From UHGV virus genome UHGV-0213393: DNA of 64,000 nucleotides. One strand, 5' to 3'. The DNA comes from a virus. A program made the translations under genes and the position numbers. Shown here piece after piece: positions 8,888 to 17,847 of the stretch. Numbering within the stretch: position 1 is the first letter of the stretch; every line of letters begins with the position of its first letter. Below the pieces are notes generated by a model, which saw only the letters and a program-made list of their open reading frames with translations, made no database searches and was not told the DNA's origin.

Positions 8888-9925
8888 TTACCAGAGTTTT
8901 GCCGCGTACATCGTTTGTGTGAATGTGTACCCATAGCGTTCTTCAACGCTTTTACCGTATTTTTTCCTGGCTTCAGTAAGGCGGATGCCTGTCAGGTCAT
9001 CGCCGGAGGCAATCATAACTTCCAGTAGTTCCAGGTCCATTTTATCCAGCCTTGCCATTGCATCTTTAGCCTCTTGAATTTTCCGGCTAACGATCTGGTG
9101 TATGGCTGGATCGGCTTCGGCCAGCATTTTATCTGATTTGTTTTTTAAACTCTGATTGCGGATATCAATGTTTCTCAGGATATATGACTTCACGACATAG
9201 CTTGGCTGCTGCTTTTCCAGATCACGAACCCGATAAAGGTCAAATTCGCCGAGAAGTCCGCACGGAAGCGGTTTAATGCCAGTGTAAATGGTAAGGGTAC
9301 GGCGCTCACCAACGTTGTTAACAACGGGAATCTCTGTGTTTGCTTTTCTTGCAAAGATCAGCGCACCGTGCGCACCCACTCGGAAGCGTGAAAGTCCATT
9401 GTTGCCCTCGATATTGGTGGTAATCACCACATCGGTATAACCTTCTTTTCTTGCGCGGTATACCTCGCCCTCACGTTCAGCGGCGAAGAATCTGCGTTCT
9501 TCTTCAAGCGCACCGACAACCTGTGAAAATATCCTGTTTTTCATGCTTTTCTTTATAGTTTTATCGTATTTTTTCAGCAGGTCTTCGCGCGTAAATGTTC
9601 TCGTTGTGGTTGCGCTTTGCATAACGATATGCGTACTCTGATTAGTATCCTCAACAATGAATGGGATCGGTAAATAAACCGACTCAACAATGTTTGAGGC
9701 TTTGTCATCATCCTTGCGACACAGATCAACAAAGGCTTTCCATTCGGCTATGCATTTTTCAGCTTCTTCTAATACAGCCGGATCATGTGTTAATGCAACA
9801 TGGCGAAATTCCTCGCCAACATAACTGGTATCATGGAAAACAGAGTTTGCGACCACCAGCTCTTTCCACCGTTCAGCGGTTTGCAGGAACCGTTTGTACT
9901 CATTCTCGATCGACTTCTTACTCAT
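8888..9925 (-). CDS. hypothetical protein; candidate C1-type repressor by synteny only
   Basis: Start chosen at MSKKSIENEY with RBS AGGA; sits between terminase and the lox/cre module, where P1 carries c1; operator-like motif in its own promoter. Confidence 0.5.
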   Translation of the reverse strand: MSKKSIENEYKRFLQTAERWKELVVANSVFHDTSYVGEEFRHVALTHDPAVLEEAEKCIAEWKAFVDLCRKDDDKASNIVESVYLPIPFIVEDTNQSTHIVMQSATTTRTFTREDLLKKYDKTIKKSMKNRIFSQVVGALEEERRFFAAEREGEVYRARKEGYTDVVITTNIEGNNGLSRFRVGAHGALIFARKANTEIPVVNNVGERRTLTIYTGIKPLPCGLLGEFDLYRVRDLEKQQPSYVVKSYILRNIDIRNQSLKNKSDKMLAEADPAIHQIVSRKIQEAKDAMARLDKMDLELLEVMIASGDDLTGIRLTEARKKYGKSVEERYGYTFTQTMYAAKLW

Positions 9926-9940
9926 TATTCCTACTCGATT

Positions 9941-9958
9941 TAGTTTTCTAACATAAAA
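9941..9958. promoter_or_regulatory. operator-like motif copy in promoter of the 8888..9925 gene
   Basis: tagttttctaacataaaag just upstream (minus strand) of the start codon. Confidence 0.5.
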
Positions 9959-10121
9959 GTCCTGTGACAAATTTATGCTGAATAACAAGGTGAGTAAAGG
10001 ATAAAACCGCTTTTTTTTGATTGTTCCTATTAGAAAATGTAACCAGGAACAGCTACCGCATGGCTGACGGATTTGCGAAGTGATCTGGTCGGTGTTTTTT
10101 TTGGGAAAAAAGTCCTGATTT

Positions 10122-10155
10122 CTAACTTTAAATAATTGGCATTATTTAAAGTTAG
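10122..10155. other. lox-like recombination site (13-bp inverted arms, 8-bp asymmetric spacer)
   Basis: ctaactttaaata-attggcat-tatttaaagttag; arms resemble loxP ATAACTTCGTATA; about 150 bp upstream of the Cre-like gene. Confidence 0.65.
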
Positions 10156-10306
10156 GCTATAATCTCCAGTAAACAGGTAGTATTGACAAGGATGAAAAAT
10201 CATGCCTCGAATCAAAGGCTTGAATTTTGAAAATTAACTTATAACTACCCTGTCAGTTTTCTATTTTTCACGTAGCGTTATCTGTATATAGAGGTTTAAT
10301 AGTTTC

Positions 10307-11335
10307 ATGGGTGAACTAGTTATCTCCGGCGGTTCTGGTGGTTTTCTGCGCGATATTGGCACCGAATACCAAGAAGCTGCAAAAAACTTTATGCAGTTCA
10401 TGAACGACCAGGGAGCTTATGCCCCAAATACGCTTCGAGATCTCCGTCTGGTGTTTCATTCCTGGGCGCGGTGGTGTAACTCGCGCCAGCGCCCCTGGTT
10501 CCCGATTACGCCGGAAATGGCCCGCGAGTATCTTCTCCAGTTGCATGAGGCCGATCTGGCTTCGACCACCATTGATAAGCACTATGCCATGCTTAACATG
10601 CTGCTTTCGCAATGTGGCCTCCCGCCGCTCTCGGACGATAAAAGTGTGTCTCTGGCCATGCGGCGCATCCGGCGCGAAGCGGCAACGGAAAAAGGCGAGC
10701 GAACAGGCCAGGCTATACCGTTGCGGTGGGATGATCTGAAATTGCTCGACGTATTGCTGTCCCGTTCCGAGCGGCTGGTGGACCTGCGCAATCGGGCGTT
10801 TCTCTTCGTGGCATACAATACCCTGATGCGTATGTCAGAAATCTCGCGCATCCGCGTCGGAGATCTGGACCAAACAGGTGACACTGTAACGCTGCATATT
10901 TCACACACGAAGACCATCACGACCGCCGCCGGACTTGATAAGGTGCTTTCTCGTTGCACTACCGCCGTACTGAACGACTGGCTGGAGGTGTCCGGACTTC
11001 GTCAACATCCGGACGCGGTGCTATTCCCGCCAATACACCGCAGTAATAAGGCCAGAATCACGACAACTCCCCTTACTGCACCTGCAATGGAGAAAATATT
11101 CAGCGATGCCTGGGGGTTGCTGAACAAACGAGATGCCACGCCGAACAAGGGAAGATACCGGACGTGGACAGGCCATAGTGCGCGTGTTGGTGCGGCAATT
11201 GATATGGCTGAGAAACAGGTGTCAATGGTCGAGATCATGCAGGAAGGCACATGGAAAAAGCCCGAAACACTTATGCGATATTTGCGCCGTAGCGGGGCAT
11301 CCGTTGGTGCAAATAGTCGCCTGATGGATTCCTGA
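10307..11335 (+). CDS. cre: Cre-like tyrosine site-specific recombinase
   Basis: Blocks SVSLAMRRIRRE, RNRAFLFVAYNTLMRMSEISRIRVGDL and WTGHSARVGAAIDMAEK...MQEGTW match Cre as recalled; catalytic Tyr in LMRYLRR. Confidence 0.9.
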   Translation: MGELVISGGSGGFLRDIGTEYQEAAKNFMQFMNDQGAYAPNTLRDLRLVFHSWARWCNSRQRPWFPITPEMAREYLLQLHEADLASTTIDKHYAMLNMLLSQCGLPPLSDDKSVSLAMRRIRREAATEKGERTGQAIPLRWDDLKLLDVLLSRSERLVDLRNRAFLFVAYNTLMRMSEISRIRVGDLDQTGDTVTLHISHTKTITTAAGLDKVLSRCTTAVLNDWLEVSGLRQHPDAVLFPPIHRSNKARITTTPLTAPAMEKIFSDAWGLLNKRDATPNKGRYRTWTGHSARVGAAIDMAEKQVSMVEIMQEGTWKKPETLMRYLRRSGASVGANSRLMDS

Positions 11336-11353
11336 ATTAATTTTCTAACAACC
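11335..11353. promoter_or_regulatory. operator-like motif copy
   Basis: aattaattttctaacaacc directly after the cre stop. Confidence 0.45.
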
Positions 11354-11407
11354 TTTTTAGACAGTGCATTTTAATGTAAAGTACCCTCGCCTATTGCGGA
11401 GGGTACT

Positions 11408-11752
11408 TTGCACAATCGTATTACGGAATCAAAACGCTTCACTGTTGACGGTTACACCATAACCTTCACTGCGGGCGTTAAGCGAGACCAGGCGGTCGTG
11501 GTGTTCGGTGTTATGACCGGACTTGATGCCGTTCCCGTGTTTACCCTCGAAAAAAACTGGCGAAATCTGGAGGAAGCTGAACGCTACGTCCGGAAAGTAA
11601 CCGTCATTGCTGCTGAAAAACTCCTGGCCCACTATCAGGAAAATTATCGCGCTATGACCGAGAAAATTAACCATGTTTTCACTCGCCCCACCAGCGGCTT
11701 CATTGCTCCTGATGCAAATGCCGGGCGCTATCCGGCAAGGGGGCGCAAATGA
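11408..11752 (+). CDS. hypothetical protein
   Basis: 114-aa ORF. Confidence 0.5.
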   Translation: MHNRITESKRFTVDGYTITFTAGVKRDQAVVVFGVMTGLDAVPVFTLEKNWRNLEEAERYVRKVTVIAAEKLLAHYQENYRAMTEKINHVFTRPTSGFIAPDANAGRYPARGRK

Positions 11753-12237
11753 AAACTTACTACCCATCCCTGAACTGCTATCCAACCACTAATCCTGAGC
11801 TGTCAGGGAAACTTCTGTCCCTCCTGGCTGATAGTCCTGATGAATGGCATAAGCCTGGTGATATCAACACACAGTTCCCTGAGTACGGGTGTATCCGCAC
11901 CCGAAATGAGCTGAAGAACCTCATTGCTCACGGTTTTGTCCGTCACCGTAGCGGGAAAGGCTATCAGTTGGCTATCCCACAAGGAGAGGCAAGAGAACTC
12001 TTTGGCTATCGAGAAAGCCAGACGCAAGCGCGGGTGATCGCAGAAATTATCCGTAATGGCAGCGTCTATGCCCGCAAATTCTGGCTGTCTGGCGGTGGCG
12101 ATGCATCACAGTTCTTGCGTGCTGTGCGATCGCTGGAGGAACAAGGTGTAATCGAGAATACCTGCGTCTCCGTTCCGACCGCTCCGCATATCAAACGCCG
12201 GATTTATACATTTACCCGGAGAGCTAAAAAGCAATGA
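11749..12237 (+). CDS. hypothetical protein
   Basis: 162-aa ORF, coupled to neighbours. Confidence 0.5.
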   Translation: MKTYYPSLNCYPTTNPELSGKLLSLLADSPDEWHKPGDINTQFPEYGCIRTRNELKNLIAHGFVRHRSGKGYQLAIPQGEARELFGYRESQTQARVIAEIIRNGSVYARKFWLSGGGDASQFLRAVRSLEEQGVIENTCVSVPTAPHIKRRIYTFTRRAKKQ

Positions 12238-12728
12238 TTAACGTGAAAGTGAAACGCCTTCATCCGGCGGCAAAACTCCCCGTTTACGCCACCGCCGGAT
12301 CGGCGGCGATGGATTTTGTTGCTGTTGAAATAACGCCTGGTATCGATAGCAATGGCGCTATTTCCTCAAGCTGGTGGGTGCATACCGGCCTCGCTATGGC
12401 GATCCCTCCTGGCTGGTGTCTGAAACTTTATCCTCGTTCCGGATTGGGCTGCAAAAAGCATACGCGCCTGGCTAACTGCGTAGGAATTATCGACGCCGAT
12501 TATCGCGGTGAAATCATGGCAAAACTGATTACAGATCCTGGTGGTGAAGGTGTTTGCCTCAAGCCTGGAATGGCGGTCATGCAAGGCATTTTTGAGCGTG
12601 TTGAACCGGTATCGCTGGTAGAAGTTGATGAACTCGATGAAACAGAGCGAGGTGCTGGTGGCTTTGGTAGCACATCGGAAGACCGCATTGAAATCAAGCG
12701 TACACCGCTTCAGTACGAAAAGTTTTAA
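12234..12728 (+). CDS. dut: dUTP diphosphatase (dUTPase)
   Basis: Motifs AGSAAMD, PRSGLG, GIIDADYRGE and RGAGGFGSTS correspond to the conserved dUTPase motifs. Confidence 0.9.
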   Translation: MINVKVKRLHPAAKLPVYATAGSAAMDFVAVEITPGIDSNGAISSSWWVHTGLAMAIPPGWCLKLYPRSGLGCKKHTRLANCVGIIDADYRGEIMAKLITDPGGEGVCLKPGMAVMQGIFERVEPVSLVEVDELDETERGAGGFGSTSEDRIEIKRTPLQYEKF

Positions 12729-12742
12729 GTAGAGGAAAGATT

Positions 12743-13429
12743 ATGGCCAGCACTTTTCAGGTGTTCCCCAAATACAAAAGCCACAGCATCATTCGGGCAT
12801 CGAAAATCAAAGATATTGTTATTGTCGGCGAAGCTTATGCGCCCATTTTTGGCAGTATCGAAGTCGTGGAGCCAAAAGGAATGACGCTTCGTGTTGATGG
12901 TGTGTTCTTGGAAAAATTCCGACCGCAAATAGGAGGATATCTCGTCACTGCTGAAAATGGCTATCTGGTCTATGTGCCAGAGAAAGCATTTGAAAAATGC
13001 TATAGCCGGGTTAACGACGCCTCCGAAAATGGGGTATCGCTCAGCATTGAAGGTCACAATGGGGTGACATTCATTACAGCCAGGGACGTAACTATTTCTG
13101 CTGGCGGTATCGCTACTCTACAAGAAGAAATCGACCTTGAAGCAGCCGACTTTTCTGACGCGCTGATGTGGCTGAAGGATGGCAAGAAAGTTGCCCGGCG
13201 CGGGTGGAATGGCGAAAACCAATTCTGCTGGCTGGTTCCAGACAAACAGGGCGCTTCAAGACTAACCCCTATAAAACATGCCATCAATGGAGAGCTTGAA
13301 ATCAATTTCGACTCTCCTCTTGCTCCTTATGGTACGCATTTCGCTTTGAAAAATGCACAAGGTGTAGTTGTTCCGTGGGTGCCTTCAGTTGGCGACCTGC
13401 TGGCCTGTGACTGGTTTGTTGTGGAGTGA
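12743..13429 (+). CDS. hypothetical protein
   Basis: 228-aa ORF with RBS ggaaag; C-terminal LMWLKDGKKVARRGW segment; no confident assignment. Confidence 0.5.
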   Translation: MASTFQVFPKYKSHSIIRASKIKDIVIVGEAYAPIFGSIEVVEPKGMTLRVDGVFLEKFRPQIGGYLVTAENGYLVYVPEKAFEKCYSRVNDASENGVSLSIEGHNGVTFITARDVTISAGGIATLQEEIDLEAADFSDALMWLKDGKKVARRGWNGENQFCWLVPDKQGASRLTPIKHAINGELEINFDSPLAPYGTHFALKNAQGVVVPWVPSVGDLLACDWFVVE

Positions 13430-13435
13430 TTTAAC

Positions 13436-14233
13436 GTGGAAAATACCAAGAACATTCAATATCGCCTGCGTAACGGCCTGCTGGTGGATGTAAACGATGA
13501 TATGTCCCTGCCCTTTGCCACCATTGAGCGAACCATCCTTACATACCTGGGTTTAGACGAAGAGTTAGATAGTGAGAATGGCATTGCTATCTGGCGTGAC
13601 GGAAAAACGGGAGTCAGACGTTTTATTACGGCAAGAGGCATTCAGTGCACACAGGAAGAATTGTTTGAACTGGCGCAGTCTTATGGATGCATCGCGTTAG
13701 ATCCCCTGCATGACCCAGCCATAGCGCAACAACTCATTCGAGAGCTGTCGCTTTCGGTCACGCCAATAATCTTCCGCCAGGGAACCTTAACCGGCACATG
13801 GCGTGTAGAACGCATCTCTAAATATCAGCCATATAATATCCATTTGAACGGCACTATTACTGGTGTGGATCAACCAGTAGCAGGTGAAAACAAAGACCTG
13901 GAACTTGCAGTAATGATGGCTGCTTGTCGCGTGCTTGGCCTGGGCAAGCAGATGTTTATCCATTTCCCAAACGGCGCGGAAGGCGAAGTAGAGCTGATTT
14001 CCTGCGACTTTTCCTTAACCTGGATGCTTGATGAATTCCTGGACAAAACAGTATTCCGTGCTGAAGAACTGGATATGTATGTCACCTCAAGTATTCCTAA
14101 TGACGTGAAAGTTGAGGCCATCGCTACAGCCAGGGCGAAATGCCGTGCGGCGATTGCAGAACAGGCCAAAGAAGAACAGTCCGATGAAGTCGCGGCAGAT
14201 GTGGAAGCAGAGGATGCTGATGCTGACGCCTAA
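13436..14233 (+). CDS. hypothetical protein, acidic C-terminus
   Basis: 265-aa ORF. Confidence 0.5.
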   Translation: MENTKNIQYRLRNGLLVDVNDDMSLPFATIERTILTYLGLDEELDSENGIAIWRDGKTGVRRFITARGIQCTQEELFELAQSYGCIALDPLHDPAIAQQLIRELSLSVTPIIFRQGTLTGTWRVERISKYQPYNIHLNGTITGVDQPVAGENKDLELAVMMAACRVLGLGKQMFIHFPNGAEGEVELISCDFSLTWMLDEFLDKTVFRAEELDMYVTSSIPNDVKVEAIATARAKCRAAIAEQAKEEQSDEVAADVEAEDADADA

Positions 14234-14285
14234 AAGCAAGAAATTAGCTGGCTGACAGCAGAAAAAATCATTGAGTGATAGTAGG

Positions 14286-14314
14286 AAGCCCGCTTGGTTG
14301 AGCGGGCTTCTTTT
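14286..14314 (+). terminator. rho-independent terminator
   Basis: agcccgc-ttggttga-gcgggct plus tcttttc. Confidence 0.6.
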
Positions 14315-14694
14315 CAAATATTGGAACCATATAGTTCACGTAGTTTTTCCGCTACTGAAGATACGGGGATTTCACCAGTTGCAGCCCCCACCGCAAGTTC
14401 CACCAGCACGGGAGAATCATATACCTGTATACCGTTACGGCGTAGAAATAGCAGCGCACTGTTTAGCGCGGTACGCTTATTGGCATCATTGAATATATGC
14501 CCTCTCGCAGTAGCCACCAGGTAGGTTGCGGAGACTTCGAAAAGGTCGGTGATCTCTTCGTAGGCAACTCTGGCCTGAACTCTCCCGATAATGGCCTCTG
14601 CCCTACCCGGATCTGACATTCCCGGCAGGCCGCCGTAGCGGTTTATATTCGCATCATGAAGCGCAATAAGTTCTTCCGGTGATATATGCCTCAT
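14314..14694 (-). CDS. doc: Doc toxin (Fic-family kinase, death on curing)
   Basis: Sequence [17 protein letters not shown]...[19 protein letters not shown] matches P1 Doc as recalled, including the Fic-type motif. Confidence 0.95.
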   Translation of the reverse strand: MRHISPEELIALHDANINRYGGLPGMSDPGRAEAIIGRVQARVAYEEITDLFEVSATYLVATARGHIFNDANKRTALNSALLFLRRNGIQVYDSPVLVELAVGAATGEIPVSSVAEKLRELYGSNI

Positions 14695-14915
14695 TATCGG
14701 TTAACCAGTTCCTTGTTGGTGGAGTCCAGGGTGTCAAACAGGGATGCAAATTCAGCATCCAGCGCCGCTTTTTTGTAGGCTTCGAAAGTAGCCTTGCTGA
14801 CAATTACTGCTGGCTCACGGCCTCTGCGGGTGATTTCAACCTCTTCCCCAGCTTCAACATTGTTGAGCACTTCAGAAAGGTTGCCACGCGCGGTACGGAA
14901 GTTAATGGATTGCAT
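14694..14915 (-). CDS. phd: Phd antitoxin
   Basis: [32 protein letters not shown]... matches P1 Phd as recalled; stop overlaps doc start. Confidence 0.95.
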   Translation of the reverse strand: MQSINFRTARGNLSEVLNNVEAGEEVEITRRGREPAVIVSKATFEAYKKAALDAEFASLFDTLDSTNKELVNR

Positions 14916-15059
14916 AAACACCTCGTGTACTCGTTATGTGTACACAATTATAAACTTCACAGGCATAAAGCACCAGCACTTTGCAGCTTAAATCACCGGA
15001 CAATCGTCAAACTCCCCACTTCGGGCATCATTGATGAAATGATGTGGTCACGCCAAACT

Positions 15060-15524
15060 TTAATCTTCAAGGTCTGCTTCTGATACCACTGTATAACCCA
15101 GAAATATTTTAATCTCATTCCACAATCCCATGATCTTGCCTTCATACTCTGATGGTTCTCTTACAATTACTGAATCTGGGGGAGTGTGAGCCTCTAATTC
15201 GGTTATGATCTCATGGCAAAGATTATGTTTGTAATATTGTTTTAGTTGCTCTCGAATAGGTTTTGGCGCACTTTCAATAGTTTCTTTTGCGGCATTTAGT
15301 GAAAGAATTATATTACTTGCGTCATTAACATCCCAGTCTGATCCAGCTTTTCCTGTTGCTATTTTATTTGCCCTATCAGCAAAGTTTATCAATGCTTCAC
15401 TATAAAATTTTTCCTTATCGAATAATCCAAGCTTTTTACTTGTGCGCAAACTAATAAAAGCAGCTATTGCTGACCCAAATGCCGCAATAGCTGATGCCCA
15501 ATCGGGATTGATATGAAGAAACAT
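15060..15524 (-). CDS. hypothetical membrane-anchored protein
   Basis: 154-aa ORF with N-terminal hydrophobic segment; AT-rich. Confidence 0.5.
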   Translation of the reverse strand: MFLHINPDWASAIAAFGSAIAAFISLRTSKKLGLFDKEKFYSEALINFADRANKIATGKAGSDWDVNDASNIILSLNAAKETIESAPKPIREQLKQYYKHNLCHEIITELEAHTPPDSVIVREPSEYEGKIMGLWNEIKIFLGYTVVSEADLED

Positions 15525-15608
15525 GCTATCTCTACCTAATGCCAGATCTTTAACCTAGAAATATTGTATCAGTAGTTATGGCTTTGCCACCAGTAATGCG
15601 ATTTTTTC

Positions 15609-16502
15609 CTAGTTGTCATTGCCCCCTACCAGCGGCAATAAAGCCCTGGCCATCTTATGAACCAATAGTGCATCAATAATGCCAAGCGTATGCCCCGGGT
15701 TAATGTTTAATGCCGCCTCAAGGTGACACCTTTCCAGGCCACTTTTCTCGGCTTGTTTATGATGATCTGGCGTAATAACGTCGCCCAAAACACGGCTAAT
15801 TCTTTCTCGTAATTGCTGGGTGCCAGCACACTTGATAGCTGTATCGTGGAGACGGTTAACCAGTTCGCGGTAAACATGCGGCTTAATTCGTATACGTTCG
15901 CCGGGGACGCCATTTCCTGGCGCTTGCTCCGAACTATCCAGATAGTTGCCAGCCTCGTAAGCTACCCGCAACCAGTGCATGAATGTTTCCGCAGACACAC
16001 AACCGCAGTCCACATCGATTTTCCCGCGTTGCAGTTCCAGCCATTGCTCAAAATCTAACTTGTAAGCCTTACTTTCAAGTTCATCACCATTGAACTCGAC
16101 TTTCTGAGACGCTATGCGAGCTGCTTCATACTGTTCACGAGTGACAACCGATGTGAACGCACTGCGATCAAAGTCACTGATATCGCAAATAATGCCATCA
16201 AATGAATAATTCTTTGATGGTTGGTAATTTTTGTAGCGCGTATCAAAACGAACCGTAGCCCAACTACAACCTGCCAGCGGAATGGATAGATAGCAAAAAT
16301 CTTTTCCATCAGGCCATCCAGCCCCCTTAGATAATTCCTTCACTAAAAAGTCAATCAGTGTCATTCCGTTACCATCCTTGCAAGGCGCTAACGCTATTTT
16401 GGCAAGCGCCAATACTTCATCTGCCGTATATCCAGCACCGTGACCATACATTTCAATACGGGAAATAATCTCTGATATACGCTCTTTAGTGATTCTGGTC
16501 AT
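15609..16502 (-). CDS. hypothetical protein sharing a YRELVN...QLRER module with the 26169..26780 protein
   Basis: 297-aa ORF; internal segment KPHVYRELVNRLHDTAIKCAGTQQLRERI parallels APHIYRELVNALRDIAAVYHGTEQLRERL. Confidence 0.55.
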   Translation of the reverse strand: MTRITKERISEIISRIEMYGHGAGYTADEVLALAKIALAPCKDGNGMTLIDFLVKELSKGAGWPDGKDFCYLSIPLAGCSWATVRFDTRYKNYQPSKNYSFDGIICDISDFDRSAFTSVVTREQYEAARIASQKVEFNGDELESKAYKLDFEQWLELQRGKIDVDCGCVSAETFMHWLRVAYEAGNYLDSSEQAPGNGVPGERIRIKPHVYRELVNRLHDTAIKCAGTQQLRERISRVLGDVITPDHHKQAEKSGLERCHLEAALNINPGHTLGIIDALLVHKMARALLPLVGGNDN

Positions 16503-16708
16503 AGCTGTATTTCCTTACATGATTCGCCTTTACGACACACGGCTACACGGTTATCTCGTACATTAACCACGGTCACCGTTCCGTCATCGCATTGAGTGAC
16601 TATTACAAGATTCTCTGATTCAGTTACACAGTGCTGCTGTTCTCCAGCCATTGCAGCCGGAGGAGCAAATAGCGCCAGAACAAATGCCAACCTTAAAAAA
16701 TGCTTCAT
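16499..16708 (-). CDS. small secreted protein
   Basis: 69-aa ORF with signal-peptide-like N-terminus ending AMA and cysteines in the mature part. Confidence 0.5.
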   Translation of the reverse strand: MKHFLRLAFVLALFAPPAAMAGEQQHCVTESENLVIVTQCDDGTVTVVNVRDNRVAVCRKGESCKEIQL

Positions 16709-16770
16709 TTGGCCTTATCCGTTATCAAAATTGGAATATCCGTTATCACGAGCGTGATATCCGTTATGAA
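16709..16770. promoter_or_regulatory. direct repeats plus palindrome, candidate operator
   Basis: Three copies of tatccgttat and palindrome tatcacg-ag-cgtgata upstream of the 69-aa ORF. Confidence 0.4.
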
Positions 16771-16787
16771 GGGGGTAATAAAATTAC

Positions 16788-16964
16788 TTAGTAATACCCT
16801 CCTCCAGACTGAACGCCAGCGATAACCCAGGCCGCAAGAAGCGTAAAGCCACTCCCAGCTCCACATTCCATCGTTCCCCATTCAACACCACCAGCCAGCA
16901 AAACAAATGAACCGCAAAGGCATACAAACAAAAAAGTAATCCAAAATTTCTTTCTGTTTTTCAT
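16788..16964 (-). CDS. small glycine-rich hydrophobic peptide (58 aa), absent from ORF track
   Basis: Hand translation MKNRKKFWITFLFVCLCGSF...GGGYY; start overlaps upstream stop (TAATG). Confidence 0.4.
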   Translation of the reverse strand: MKNRKKFWITFLFVCLCGSFVLLAGGVEWGTMECGAGSGFTLLAAWVIAGVQSGGGYY

Positions 16965-17263
16965 TATGGTTGACTCCAGTTATCTTCAATAACAATACTT
17001 AACCTCTGAAGCCATTCTGCTAATTTCAGCATGGCTTCTCTTTCGCTTAAACCACGCGGGAAATCATCAAGTGCAATTGTTGGCTTGAAGTTCCCAAAAT
17101 TATCCATTTCAACGGTCAGATTTTGCTCCAGCACGGTATTCCTTACGCGGCTATTGTGCCGAAGCAAATATACTGAACGTGATTTATTGTTTTTGTGGTC
17201 GAACGTATATTCGGTAAGTATCATCTGGCTTCCGCCATAATTATTACCGCGCCACATAATCAC
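16964..17263 (-). CDS. hypothetical protein
   Basis: 99-aa ORF coupled to downstream small peptide. Confidence 0.5.
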   Translation of the reverse strand: MIMWRGNNYGGSQMILTEYTFDHKNNKSRSVYLLRHNSRVRNTVLEQNLTVEMDNFGNFKPTIALDDFPRGLSEREAMLKLAEWLQRLSIVIEDNWSQP

Positions 17264-17269
17264 TCCGTG

Positions 17270-17671
17270 TTAATAAGAAAAGTAGACCGTTGCGACTCTG
17301 TTATATTGATCGAACGAAATAGCATTTACTTCATAGCTGGTGGGTATCTTTTCGCCAAGAATGTAACCAGGCCATGATTTCCACGGAATTTCTGCTCGTT
17401 CGTCATGCCACACTGCGCAACCAAGAGAACCGACCGTCTCTCCATGCCGTTTTCCGCAAGTAACAAAGCCTATATTTGGCTTATCTTGCGTGACTGCTAC
17501 AGTGGTGGTATTTGCGGATGCATTGATTGCAGTGCGTTGCTCCTGCTCGCTTGCGGCTGAGGCACTAATTGCTGCCGTTGTTGCGGCGGTTGCAACAATA
17601 ACCGATGCATGTGATAAATGGCAGGCAGATAACATTGCCAGAAAAATAATAGTTCTCCGAAATTTAGCCAT
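17270..17671 (-). CDS. secreted hypothetical protein
   Basis: Start chosen at MAKFRRTIIFLAMLSACHLSHA (signal-peptide-like); Thr/Ala-rich linker then Cys-containing domain. Confidence 0.5.
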   Translation of the reverse strand: MAKFRRTIIFLAMLSACHLSHASVIVATAATTAAISASAASEQEQRTAINASANTTTVAVTQDKPNIGFVTCGKRHGETVGSLGCAVWHDERAEIPWKSWPGYILGEKIPTSYEVNAISFDQYNRVATVYFSY

Positions 17672-17847
17672 TGATTTAACCTTTATTGCGAACATATTTA
17701 GCTGTGTGTTGCCGATGTGCGGAGATTTTCTTATATCAATTCCACGCGCTCTGCTAACGAGCAATCCAAATAATCTTCCGGATGCTTGTCGGTGTTATTA
17801 ATGATGCGAATCCTCAAATCTTTTCACCTTTGAGGATAAGTTGCAGG

